From assembly GCF_900232105.1 (NCBI RefSeq), contig NZ_LT934425.1:2130001-2162000 (forward strand): 32,000 bases of DNA. Reading direction: 5' to 3'. The position numbers and the translations under genes are program-made. Source of the DNA: Candidatus Kuenenia stuttgartensis. GTDB taxonomy: Bacteria; Planctomycetota; Brocadiia; Brocadiales; Brocadiaceae. Shown one piece after another: positions 7,474 to 16,486 of this stretch. Positions within the stretch are counted from its first letter, which is position 1, and every line of letters begins with the position of its first letter. The notes under the pieces were generated by a model. That model did no database searches. It worked only from the letters and a program-made list of their open reading frames with translations, and was not told the origin of the DNA.

Positions 7474-7874
7474 GCTAACAATTGCATGCTCCAGATGGCA
7501 AGAACATCTACGGCTCTGACGGGCAATTTGCTGGCGGCTTCTGTGAGTATCACATTATTCCCCACATGAATAATACGAAAATAACTGTTACCACCATAGG
7601 CCATATGCCAGCAGAGTTTGATAAGCGAAAAATTACAAACTGGAAGCAGATATATTTTTTGTAGTGGGTGGAATGGAGAGTTACTCTCTTGCAAAAGACT
7701 CAGACGAACATGGCTGGGCATGTAGCGAAGCCAGTTTAGATGAACTTTTACCAGAAGAATTCAGAGGAATTTTTTTTATTGCTTTCGAAAGTAGCATATT
7801 GTTGTATGAAACTGAATATCTATTATCAGATTTAATTGGGAAAAAAACATATATATACTTTGCAATACACAAAT

Positions 7875-8375
7875 ATGACTAAAGATTTTGCCAAACCGTC
7901 AAAAACTATAAAAAAGTGGGAATCGTACGAAGAGGTAGCTACCTACTTCCTCAATGAGCTAGCAAGCAAATTTGGCCTGAGTCATGTAGAAGGAAAACAG
8001 AAGATTCAAGGTCAGCGATCCGGAACCGAATGGGAAATAGACGCCAAAGGCATTCGGCAAGGAAATAAAGGTTTTGTAATAATTGAATGCCGTCATTGGA
8101 ATTCGAAGCAGCCACAAGAGAAACTCGGCAGTTTGGCATACAGTATATTTGATACAGGTGCGGAGGGTGGAATCCTGGTAAGCCTTATGGGAATGCAAGA
8201 AGGTGCTAAAAAGATTGCGTGTGCAGAAAATATTATACCTGTCCAGATGGCTTGTGATAACACGCCTTTCAACTTCATTTTGCAATTTCTAAACAGCGTC
8301 ATGGTTGGAGCACGTGAAACTATATCGGTGGCAGAAAGCATCGTTGTCGTTAAAAAGAGCAGTGATAATACATGA
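7875..8375 (+). CDS. Small Mrr-cat-like restriction-endonuclease-fold protein
   Basis: The ATG at 7875 (MTKDFAK) is preferred over the TTG at 7836. YEEVATYFLNELA...GTEWEIDAKG...GFVIIECRHW...GAEGGILVSLMGMQEGAKKIA matches the stand-alone restriction endonuclease (Mrr_cat) layout. Confidence 0.6.
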   Translation: MTKDFAKPSKTIKKWESYEEVATYFLNELASKFGLSHVEGKQKIQGQRSGTEWEIDAKGIRQGNKGFVIIECRHWNSKQPQEKLGSLAYSIFDTGAEGGILVSLMGMQEGAKKIACAENIIPVQMACDNTPFNFILQFLNSVMVGARETISVAESIVVVKKSSDNT

Positions 8376-8555
8376 ATCCGTTCACTTTAGGAGTTTTTGA
8401 CCTGGCAAAAAATGAGTTAGCGGATAAGCCTAAGTGATTTTTGCTAAATGGGGAAAGCAAATTGCTAATTTTCAGGTACGAGTTATTCAAACTCTGCATC
8501 AAACAATATTTGGTCAAACCTTTTATTATTCAATATCCCTATACAAAAAGACTAC

Positions 8556-8564
8556 TGTTATAAT
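8556..8564 (+). promoter_or_regulatory. Candidate extended -10 promoter element upstream of the glycan operon
   Basis: tgttataat (TGnTATAAT) lies ~57 nt upstream of the 8621 start. No good -35 was seen and the sigma-factor consensus of this organism is unknown. Confidence 0.2.
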
Positions 8565-8620
8565 TGAATTATGAAGATTTTATCCCCCTTGATTAATACT
8601 CAAAAATAGAAATATAGTAG

Positions 8621-8957
8621 ATGAAAAACAATACCGTACTAATAACAGGTGCTGATGGTTTTATAGGTTCGCATCTAACGGAGGCTTTGGTAAAAGAAGG
8701 TGCAAACATAAAGGCATTGAGTTATTATAATTCGTTTAACAATTGGGGATGGCTTGAAAGTATAGATTGCCAAAAGGATATAGAGATTCTTACGGGAGAT
8801 GTAAGAGACCATAATTTCTGTAATCGTATTACGAAAAATGTCAATATAGTATTCCATTTAGCAGCATTAGTAGCAATACCCTATTCATACATCGCTCCAG
8901 ATAGCTATGTTGACACAAACATTAAAGGAACGCTTAATATTTGCAAGGCAGCGCTAG
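8621..8957 (+). pseudogene. NDP-sugar 4,6-dehydratase (extended SDR, LegB/PseB-class), 5' part, interrupted by IS1634-family element
   Basis: VLITGADGFIGSHL Rossmann motif and YYNSFNNWGWLE block. The ORF terminates 3 nt into the IS (8960..8962). Confidence 0.8.
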
Positions 8958-10961
8958 CGTGAGTTTATCACAAAATAAGGCATGAAGCAACGTAACATAA
9001 ATACAGTCAATGCGTTAAGCACAACATCAATTGTATACACTGAGTCCTTGAAGTTTCAGCCGATGTTTGTGGAAATCCATAATGCCTAACGCATTCATCA
9101 ACAGAGATTCCTTGTCGGACATTTCTTCCAATTTGTAGGTAGCCTTAACTCTCCCTCTGGCCTTTGTTTCTTCAAGCATAGCAGAAAGCCTTATATTATT
9201 AAGGGTGTCTAACAGGGTATCTAACGTTCCACTAAATTGTGCGTGCGCTTTTGCCTGATACCACACAATCGCCGCCATTAGGTATCCGAGGACGCAAATA
9301 AAAAAATGCACCCTGATTTTCTGATCCGTCCAGTGAAATTGCGGTTTTAAAGCAAGGTGATAGGGGTTCTTGAGATTTCTAAAGGCATGTTCAATTTTTG
9401 ATTGCCCATAGTAGGCTTTTATAATGTCCGCGGTATCCCAATCGTGATGGTCTGTCATAAGAATCCTGAACCCCAGTTCCCCTTCTATTTCTTCGAGCTT
9501 TTTCTGGTCGATTGAAAAATTCAATTGAAACTTGCCTTCAGATACCTCTTTTAACGACCAATCGATAACATCCTTCGCAAATTGACATTTCACTACACTT
9601 CTTATCGTATCCTCCAGACCCTCTTTGTCCCGCATCTTTCCCTTTGGATTACACAGATGCTGCTGTAAGAGCTTTAACTGATGTTCTGCCTTTTCCAGAG
9701 ACTGAGACATTCCCCTTAATTGCCCAACCTTTAATTTCTCGGAAATAAATACGACAACGGTTCTTTCCTGCCCCCAAATAACCCGTTTGTCATGGTACAC
9801 CTGTATCTTACTGCCGTCAACGTCATATTCCCTGAAATTACACATGGCATCCCCTACCAACTGCTTGTGATGATACGGTGTAAGCGCTCCAACGTAATGC
9901 AATGCCAATCTCTCTACAATAGCCATATTGTCCATGGAATTGTTTCCACGATCAAAAACAATAGTGTGCTTTTTGCTGTCGAAACCTAATCCGGTCATCC
10001 TGTCTTTTATCGTCTCAAGAACCGCGCTGAACACCTTTGCATCCGCCATGTTCCCCTGATAGGTATGGTGAAACAACGGTATCATGTCGTTACGTGTAAC
10101 GACCATCGCCAACCCGACCTGCCTGAGATCGTATCGCTTTTGTTTGTTTTTCCCCCGCCGGGCAATAGTGCATCGCAGATTAGTTGTGTCGATATACGTG
10201 AAAAAATTGGTTGTATCAAAAAACAGTGTGTCGCTTTGAAGGTTGTATGTTTTAAATGTCTTTTCAATTAATTCGCGCTCGATTTCTGCAATGGATTCTT
10301 CAGGAAGTGCATCCATCAAATCCCAGAAATGCTGACTGTCTATTTTACTCAAGCTGTGTCTGAGTAAGTATTCGGCAGTAGTCGTCTTTGCCCAATCCCA
10401 CCATCCTCTTTTGCTGGTAGGCACACACACTCTCCCCACGGCACCCAACAAGAGGGTACTTCCGGCGGTCAGATTATTTCGAACAGGTTTTTTAGCACAA
10501 TACTGCCGTGGCGACTTTATATATTTATTAATCACGGAAGGGACGTCCAGGGCATTGGCCACACTTAGCAATGCGGCTACCGCGCCATGTGAATAAGATT
10601 TGAGCCGTAATTTTTCGGTAAGACCTTGCAGTTGTTTTAATAAATCGTCTGCCTTGCCAAGATAGGCCAGGACGATGGGCCTGGGCTTGCCGTTAACGCG
10701 CCGCGATTCGACAATATACCAATATTTATAACCTCTGGAGTTTTTAGATTGAATGGTAGCCATGGCTATTAGTTGTTAGTGTATACGTAATAGATTAATA
10801 CTCCGTGTATAATAGTATATACAGGCATATAATGCAATATAAATATAGTATTATTCAGTGTATACATAATTTTTTAGACAAAAAAAGTCGCAACCCGATA
10901 CAAATCATTGGATTGCAACTTGATGTCTTTGTCTTACACCTTATTTCGTGATAAACTCACG
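8958..10961 (-). mobile_element. IS1634-family insertion sequence (~2.0 kb)
   Basis: Terminal inverted repeats are cGTGAGTTTATCACaAAATAAGG (8958..) and CCTTATTTcGTGATAAACTCACg (..10961). The target duplication is CTAG/GCTAG (8953..8957 and 10961..10965, boundary ambiguous by 1 nt). Subterminal tgtatacactga inverted repeats lie at 9032..9043 and 10855..10866. Confidence 0.85.
9027..10763 (-). CDS. IS1634-family (IS4-related DDE) transposase
   Basis: 578-aa ORF. The N-terminus SRGYKYWYIVESRRVNGKPRPIVLAYLG is the typical IS1634-family opening. It fills the element between the TIRs. Confidence 0.8.
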   Translation of the reverse strand: MATIQSKNSRGYKYWYIVESRRVNGKPRPIVLAYLGKADDLLKQLQGLTEKLRLKSYSHGAVAALLSVANALDVPSVINKYIKSPRQYCAKKPVRNNLTAGSTLLLGAVGRVCVPTSKRGWWDWAKTTTAEYLLRHSLSKIDSQHFWDLMDALPEESIAEIERELIEKTFKTYNLQSDTLFFDTTNFFTYIDTTNLRCTIARRGKNKQKRYDLRQVGLAMVVTRNDMIPLFHHTYQGNMADAKVFSAVLETIKDRMTGLGFDSKKHTIVFDRGNNSMDNMAIVERLALHYVGALTPYHHKQLVGDAMCNFREYDVDGSKIQVYHDKRVIWGQERTVVVFISEKLKVGQLRGMSQSLEKAEHQLKLLQQHLCNPKGKMRDKEGLEDTIRSVVKCQFAKDVIDWSLKEVSEGKFQLNFSIDQKKLEEIEGELGFRILMTDHHDWDTADIIKAYYGQSKIEHAFRNLKNPYHLALKPQFHWTDQKIRVHFFICVLGYLMAAIVWYQAKAHAQFSGTLDTLLDTLNNIRLSAMLEETKARGRVKATYKLEEMSDKESLLMNALGIMDFHKHRLKLQGLSVYN

Positions 10962-11615
10962 CTAGATAATGGTTGTAAGAGATTGATTCATACTTCAACA
11001 AGTGAGGTTTATGGTACGGCACAATACATTCCTATAGATGAAAAACATCCCTTACAACCGCAGTCACCTTATAGTGCAAGTAAAATTGGGGCGGATGCTA
11101 TTGCCATGAGTTTTTACCATTCTTTTAAATTACCAACAGTCATTGCAAGGCCTTTTAATACTTATGGGCCTCGACAATCGGCCAGAGCAGTAATACCAAC
11201 AATCATCTCTCAGATTGCCAGTGGTAAAAAAGAGATTAAGCTTGGGGATGTATCTCCAACAAGAGATATGAATTACGTAGAAGACACCTGTCACGGGTTA
11301 ATTACTCTCTCTAAATGTGATATGGCAGTTGGAGAAATATTTAACATTGGCTCTAATAATGAAACTTCTATATATGAGATTTTTAACCTGATAAAAGAGA
11401 TTATGGCAAGCGACGCACATTTAGTAACTGATAAGGAAAGGTTGAGACCGGAAACATCTGAAGTATTGAGGTTGTGTTGTGATAATTCCAAACTAAAGAA
11501 GCATACCGGATTTTCACCTCAGTATGCTCTTAAGGAAGGGCTTGAAAAGACTATTAACTGGTTTATCAATCCAAAAAACCTATCAAAATATAAAACGGAT
11601 ATCTACAATGTCTAA
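10962..11615 (+). pseudogene. NDP-sugar 4,6-dehydratase, 3' part
   Basis: LIHTSTSEVYG...SPYSASK (the YxxxK catalytic motif as YSASK)...RPFNTYGPRQ. Joining 8957 to 10966 gives an uninterrupted frame ...NICKAALDNGCKRLIHTSTSEVYG... Confidence 0.8.
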
Positions 11616-12330
11616 ACGAGCAATAATACTCGCAGGTGGCAAGGGGAAAAGATTATTGCCTTATACAATTGTTCTTCCAAAGCCATTAATGCCAATAGGA
11701 GAATACCCTATTCTTGAGGTTGTTGTACGACAGCTTGCATTTTACGGTTTCAGGCACATTACTATGGCCGTAAATCATCAAGCGGAAATTATTCAGGCAT
11801 TTTTCGGAAAAGGGAAAAAATGGAAAGTTAAAATCGATTATTCTTTTGAAGACAAACCTCTCAGCACAATTGCACCGTTAAAGTTAATAAGCAATTTGCC
11901 AGAGGACTTTCTGGTCATGAATGGAGACATACTAACGGACTTAAATTATTCAGATTTTTATCAGTTTCACATCAACAAAAAAAGTATCTTTTTAATTTCT
12001 TCTTATAAGCGAGAATTGAAAAGTGAGTTTGGAGTATTAGAATTTGATAAAAATGCAAAATTGAAGGAGTTTAAGGAAAAACCGGTTGTCCGTTACAACG
12101 TCAGCATGGGTATATATATGGCAAACAGAACCATACTTGAATACATTCCTAATAACAAACCTTACGGTTTTGATAATCTCATGCTCGATTTAATAAAGGC
12201 AGGAAAGCCTGCTACTGTAAAACCGTTCCATGGCTGCTGGCTTGACATTGGAAGGCCAGATGATTATATACAGGCTATTGATGAATTTGAAAAAAATGGA
12301 TTTTTGTTTCTTAAGGAATTAAAAAAATAA
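11608..12330 (+). CDS. Sugar-phosphate nucleotidyltransferase
   Basis: The ATG at 11608 overlaps the upstream stop (ATGTCTAA). MSKRAIILAGGKGKRLLPYT is the G-x-G-T/K-R-L signature of NTP-transferases. Confidence 0.8.
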   Translation: MSKRAIILAGGKGKRLLPYTIVLPKPLMPIGEYPILEVVVRQLAFYGFRHITMAVNHQAEIIQAFFGKGKKWKVKIDYSFEDKPLSTIAPLKLISNLPEDFLVMNGDILTDLNYSDFYQFHINKKSIFLISSYKRELKSEFGVLEFDKNAKLKEFKEKPVVRYNVSMGIYMANRTILEYIPNNKPYGFDNLMLDLIKAGKPATVKPFHGCWLDIGRPDDYIQAIDEFEKNGFLFLKELKK

Positions 12331-13475
12331 TGTGGAAAATACCTTTATCTGACATTAATTTCGACCAAAAAGAGGTAGAAGCAGTCCAAAATGTGATTTA
12401 TTCGGGTTGGCTTACAATGGGAGAGGTTACAAAAGATTTCGAAGCCCGCTTTGCCAGGTATATAGGTGTAGAACATGCATTTGCTGTTTCATCCTGTACC
12501 TCCGCGCTGCACCTTGCTGCTCTTGCTCTTGATATTGGAGAAGGCGATGAGGTAGTATGTCCTTCTCTAACATTCGTAGCTGCGCCGAACTCTATTATAT
12601 ACACCCGGGGAAAACCTGTTTTTGCAGATATAACTAGCGTAACAAACCTAAATATCTCACCTGAAGATATTGAAAAAAAAATTACAGCAAAAACAAAAGC
12701 CATTCAGATTATGCATTATGCCGGAATACCCTGCAATATGGAAAGTATCACCGACCTTGCCAGAAAGCGTGGTCTTCCGGTTATTGAAGATTGTGCTCAC
12801 TCTCCTGGATCGGAGTATAAAGGGAAAAGATGTGGCTCTATAGGAGACATAGGATGTTTTAGCTTCTTCTCCAACAAAAATATGACAACCGGAGAAGGGG
12901 GAATGATTACCACAAATGATGAAAATATTGCTAAAAAAATCAGAACATTACGCTCTCATGGTATGACTACCCTCACCCTTGATAGGCATAAAGGGCATGC
13001 CTTTAGTTATGACGTTACTGCCCTTGGATTTAACTATCGCCTCGATGAGATCCATTCTGCCCTTGGCATTGTGCAGCTTGAAAAACTACAAAAAAGTAAT
13101 GAAAGACGCCTGACATTAGCGACAAAATACCAACAAGCTTTATCTGAAATCCAAGGACTTTCAGTAATTTCCGGGAATGGGATTTCTGTATCATCTAATC
13201 ATATTCTCCCTGTTCTGTTGCCAGAAGAAATAGACCGTGCTAAATTTATGGAATATATGAAACAAAATGGCATTCAGACCAGCATCCACTACCCACCGGC
13301 ACACCTCTTTGATTTCTACCGTCGTATGTATGGATACAAAGAAGGAATGCTGCCACTCACGGAAGAAGTTTCTAAAAGAGAAGTTACATTGCCTCTATAT
13401 CCGTCTATGAATGAAGATAGTGTCAGCATTGTTTGTGATGCTGTTCGTGAATATTTTAAAAAGGAATTAATATAA
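12330..13475 (+). CDS. DegT/DnrJ/EryC1/StrS-family PLP-dependent sugar aminotransferase (PseC/LegC-class)
   Basis: FE..FA.Y.G..HA.AVSSCTSALHLA, SFFSNKNMTTGEGG (Lys-containing PLP site) and RSHG motifs. The start overlaps the upstream stop by 1 nt (TAATG). Confidence 0.85.
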   Translation: MWKIPLSDINFDQKEVEAVQNVIYSGWLTMGEVTKDFEARFARYIGVEHAFAVSSCTSALHLAALALDIGEGDEVVCPSLTFVAAPNSIIYTRGKPVFADITSVTNLNISPEDIEKKITAKTKAIQIMHYAGIPCNMESITDLARKRGLPVIEDCAHSPGSEYKGKRCGSIGDIGCFSFFSNKNMTTGEGGMITTNDENIAKKIRTLRSHGMTTLTLDRHKGHAFSYDVTALGFNYRLDEIHSALGIVQLEKLQKSNERRLTLATKYQQALSEIQGLSVISGNGISVSSNHILPVLLPEEIDRAKFMEYMKQNGIQTSIHYPPAHLFDFYRRMYGYKEGMLPLTEEVSKREVTLPLYPSMNEDSVSIVCDAVREYFKKELI

Positions 13476-14101
13476 TGAATGTGTTGGCTGTCGGCGCTCA
13501 TTTTGATGACATTGAACTTGGATGCAGCGGGACGTTGATAAAACATGTTAAAAATGGTGATAAGGTTATCATGCTAGTAGTTACAGATTCATCTTATAGC
13601 AATCCCAATGGTGAATTAATACGGAATTCTGAAACCGCTTATCAGGAAGGTCAGAAAGCAGCGAACATCATTGGCGCCGAACTGATTTGTTTAAATTATA
13701 AGACCTTCCTGGTTCCTTTCAGTGAAAAGTTAACAAAGGAAATTACTCGTATTATTGAGGATAAGAATATAGATATCATGTATTCCCCATGGATACACGA
13801 CCTCCACAGAGATCACCAGTATGTAGGCAAAAATGCACTTATGGCGGGACGACATGTAAAAAGATTTCTTATGTATCGGCCCAATTATTATGACACAGAC
13901 CAGATGTTCAGGGGAAATGTATATTCTGATATTTCTAATTTCATGGAAAACAAAAGTGAAGTTATTAAAGCACACAAGTCAGAACTTGAAAGGGTAAGGA
14001 ACAGCTGGCTAGACTTTTTCGAAAACCAGAACCAAAATGACGGACAAAAGATTGGGGTAGAGTGCGCGGAGTGCTTTGAAGTTGTTCGATATCTTTTGTA
14101 G
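13475..14101 (+). CDS. PIG-L/LmbE-family deacetylase
   Basis: VLAVGAHFDDIELGCSGTL and HRDHQ motifs. 1-nt overlap with the upstream gene. Confidence 0.75.
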   Translation: MNVLAVGAHFDDIELGCSGTLIKHVKNGDKVIMLVVTDSSYSNPNGELIRNSETAYQEGQKAANIIGAELICLNYKTFLVPFSEKLTKEITRIIEDKNIDIMYSPWIHDLHRDHQYVGKNALMAGRHVKRFLMYRPNYYDTDQMFRGNVYSDISNFMENKSEVIKAHKSELERVRNSWLDFFENQNQNDGQKIGVECAECFEVVRYLL

Positions 14102-14106
14102 GGAAT

Positions 14107-14775
14107 ATGGGTAAGATTGTTACAATTCATCAGCCTGATTTTTTACCATGGCGAGGCTTTTTTGATCGCTGGGGAAAAAGTGATTTGTATATTGTTCTTG
14201 ATGACGTGCAATTTCTCCGAAGAGGTTGGCACCACAGAGATAAAATCAAAACAAAAGATGGCGTAAAATGGTTGACTGTACCTGTTAAAAAAAAGGGCAA
14301 ATATGATCAACTTATACTGGAGGTAGAGATAGATTACAGCACAGATTGGCAAGCCAAGCACTTGAAAACTATTGAAGTTAACTATAAGAAAGCTCCGAAC
14401 TTTGAATATTATTTTGATAAATTGAAATCAATATACGTAAAAAAACACGATCTTCTAATAGATTTAAATATGGATTTATTGATATTTGTTGCGGAAGAAC
14501 TTGGGATAGATACTCCCGCTGTTTTTGCTTCTAGCTATAATGTGAATTCAAATTCAACTGAAAGGCTAATTGAATTGGTTAAGGCAGTAGGAGGTAATGA
14601 ATATTTAACAGGGACTGGTTCCAAGGGGTATCTCAATGAAAAACTTTTTCAAAGAAAAGGTATAAGGGTCGTCTGGCAAAATTACGAGGAGACTTTTTAT
14701 AAACAGTTGCATGAAGATTTTGTTCCACACCTTTCAGGGTTAGACTATCTAATGATGAAATGCAAAAATGACTGA
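14107..14775 (+). CDS. WbqC-family protein (function unknown, polysaccharide loci)
   Basis: IHQPDFLPWRGFFDRW...LDDVQF... resembles the WbqC N-terminal signature. Confidence 0.65.
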   Translation: MGKIVTIHQPDFLPWRGFFDRWGKSDLYIVLDDVQFLRRGWHHRDKIKTKDGVKWLTVPVKKKGKYDQLILEVEIDYSTDWQAKHLKTIEVNYKKAPNFEYYFDKLKSIYVKKHDLLIDLNMDLLIFVAEELGIDTPAVFASSYNVNSNSTERLIELVKAVGGNEYLTGTGSKGYLNEKLFQRKGIRVVWQNYEETFYKQLHEDFVPHLSGLDYLMMKCKND

Positions 14776-15436
14776 CATGAAATGCTATAGTTCAAATAGA
14801 TTTAAAGTTTCCATTTTGGTGGATGACCCCAGTTCATGGATAGTCCCATACGTAGAGAGTTTAAGTGTAAGAATTGGTGAGCAAAACGACGTATCTCTTT
14901 ATTTTAATGCATATGATATAGTGGAAGGTGATTTTTTATTTCTGCTTGGATGCACTTCTATTATACCCAAACAAGTTTTAAATAAGAATAAACATAATTT
15001 GGTTGTGCATGAAAGCGATCTTCCAGAAGGAAGAGGATGGTCTCCGGTAAGCTGGCAAGTATTGGAAGGGAAAAACAGGATACCTATCGTATTATTTGAA
15101 GCTGAAGAAAAACTAGATTCAGGCAGAATTTATTTAAAAGACTATATAGAACTTGATGGCACAGAACTTCTACCAGAAATCAAAAAAAAGCAGGGAGATA
15201 AAACTATTGATTTAGTGCTGACCTTCCTAAATCAATGGCCTGACCTGCAGCCTTCGGGACAGATAGGAATGCCCTCTTATTACGAAAAGAGAACCACAAA
15301 GCATGATGAACTCGATATAAGTAAAAGCATCATCCAAAACTTTAATCATCTTCGTATTATTGATAATGAAAAACATCCTGCATGGTTTCAACTAAATGGA
15401 CACAAATATATATTAAAAATATATAAAACAGACTAA
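14768..15436 (+). CDS. Formyltransferase-family protein (Fmt/PurN-like N-domain)
   Basis: NLVVHESDLPEGRGWSPVSWQVLEG matches the H-x-S-L-LP-x-x-RG formyltransferase catalytic loop. 8-nt overlap with the upstream gene. Confidence 0.7.
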   Translation: MTDMKCYSSNRFKVSILVDDPSSWIVPYVESLSVRIGEQNDVSLYFNAYDIVEGDFLFLLGCTSIIPKQVLNKNKHNLVVHESDLPEGRGWSPVSWQVLEGKNRIPIVLFEAEEKLDSGRIYLKDYIELDGTELLPEIKKKQGDKTIDLVLTFLNQWPDLQPSGQIGMPSYYEKRTTKHDELDISKSIIQNFNHLRIIDNEKHPAWFQLNGHKYILKIYKTD

Positions 15437-15451
15437 TATTCAAGGAGTTTA

Positions 15452-16486
15452 TTGGTGAAAACAATTTCTATCGGAAAATTCATAATAGGCTTAAATGAGC
15501 CTTGTCTCATACTCGCTGAACTCGGTGCTATGCAGGAAGACCTTAATGGGATGAAGAAACTAATTAAGGTTTCAAAAGAAGCCGGTGCCGATGCTGTAAA
15601 GATTCAAACTTACAGGGCAGAAACTATTGCCCATCCATCGGCAGAATTCGAATTTGAAGATGGCTCCAAGATGTTTCAAATGGAGTTCTTTAAAAAACTT
15701 GAAATTTCTCAAGACGACCATAAAGAGCTATTTGATTATGCAAGAGAGCTTGGGATTGCTATTTTTTCGACACCCAGTTACTATGATGATGTTGACTTTC
15801 TTGAAGAGTTGGGTGTGCCAGCTTACAAGACGGGTTCTGATGACTTAACTAATCGCCCTTTCCTTGAATATATCGCACGAAAGGGTAAGCCTATGATTGT
15901 ATCTACAGGTATGTCAACTCTGGCAGAGGTCGAAGAAGCGGTAGAAACAATTTTAAAGACTGGAAATGATCAGTTGGTTCTTCTTCACTGTACGACATCT
16001 TATCCGCCTGCTCCTGAATTTGCCAATCTTAATGTTATGAACACCCTCCGCTCTGCCTTTGACGTTCCCATTGGATATTCAGACCATGTTGCGGGTATTT
16101 TTTCTTCAATACTTGCTGCCAGTATGGGTGCCTCTGTTATTGAAAAGCATATAACCCTGGATCGAAAATCGAAAAGACCTGACTGTGAGGTATCGATAGA
16201 ACCATCAGAGCTAAAGGAGATGGTTGAACAAATTCGTTTAATACCTATTCTTCAGGGAAGCTCGATAAAGAAAATATATCCTTCTGAGAAGAAGTGGCGC
16301 AGGAATGGAAGAAAAAGCCTTGTAGCAAATCGTAATTTAAAATGTGGCGATGTTATTGGAAAAGAAGACCTGAAAATAATCAGGCCTGGAACGGGAATAC
16401 CTCCCAGATACATGGATTTCATCGTTGGCAAGACCTTAAAAAAGGACATTAGTGAAAATGAAATAATTCCTCATGATGCCTTTTAA
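15452..16486 (+). CDS. Nonulosonic acid synthase (NeuB/PseI/LegI/SpsE-like, with C-terminal SAF domain)
   Basis: CLILAELGAMQEDLNGMKKLI...GADAVKIQTY...YKTGSDDLTN...GYSDHV...IEKHITLDR plus a C-terminal SAF-like segment. aaggag lies upstream; the start may be the GTG at 15455 rather than the TTG at 15452. Confidence 0.85.
   Translation: MVKTISIGKFIIGLNEPCLILAELGAMQEDLNGMKKLIKVSKEAGADAVKIQTYRAETIAHPSAEFEFEDGSKMFQMEFFKKLEISQDDHKELFDYARELGIAIFSTPSYYDDVDFLEELGVPAYKTGSDDLTNRPFLEYIARKGKPMIVSTGMSTLAEVEEAVETILKTGNDQLVLLHCTTSYPPAPEFANLNVMNTLRSAFDVPIGYSDHVAGIFSSILAASMGASVIEKHITLDRKSKRPDCEVSIEPSELKEMVEQIRLIPILQGSSIKKIYPSEKKWRRNGRKSLVANRNLKCGDVIGKEDLKIIRPGTGIPPRYMDFIVGKTLKKDISENEIIPHDAF

Noticed and set aside
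7482-7882. ORFs 7482..7664, 7664..7882 and minus-strand 7437..7721 in the 400-bp gap between the two Mrr-like genes; the minus frame reads ...AYGGNSYFRIIHVGNNVILTEAASKLPVRAVDVLAI
   Set aside because: No start or SD context and no motif I can assign. It may be debris of an older gene (composition is somewhat GC-richer), but that cannot be supported here.
12673-12681. A9 runs inside coding regions (12673..12681 in the aminotransferase, 21151..21159 in the sulfotransferase) as possible phase-variation sites
   Set aside because: Poly-A/T runs of this length are expected by composition in such AT-rich DNA and encode Lys-Lys-Lys in frame. Nothing singles them out, unlike the IS A9 that coincides with a frame change.
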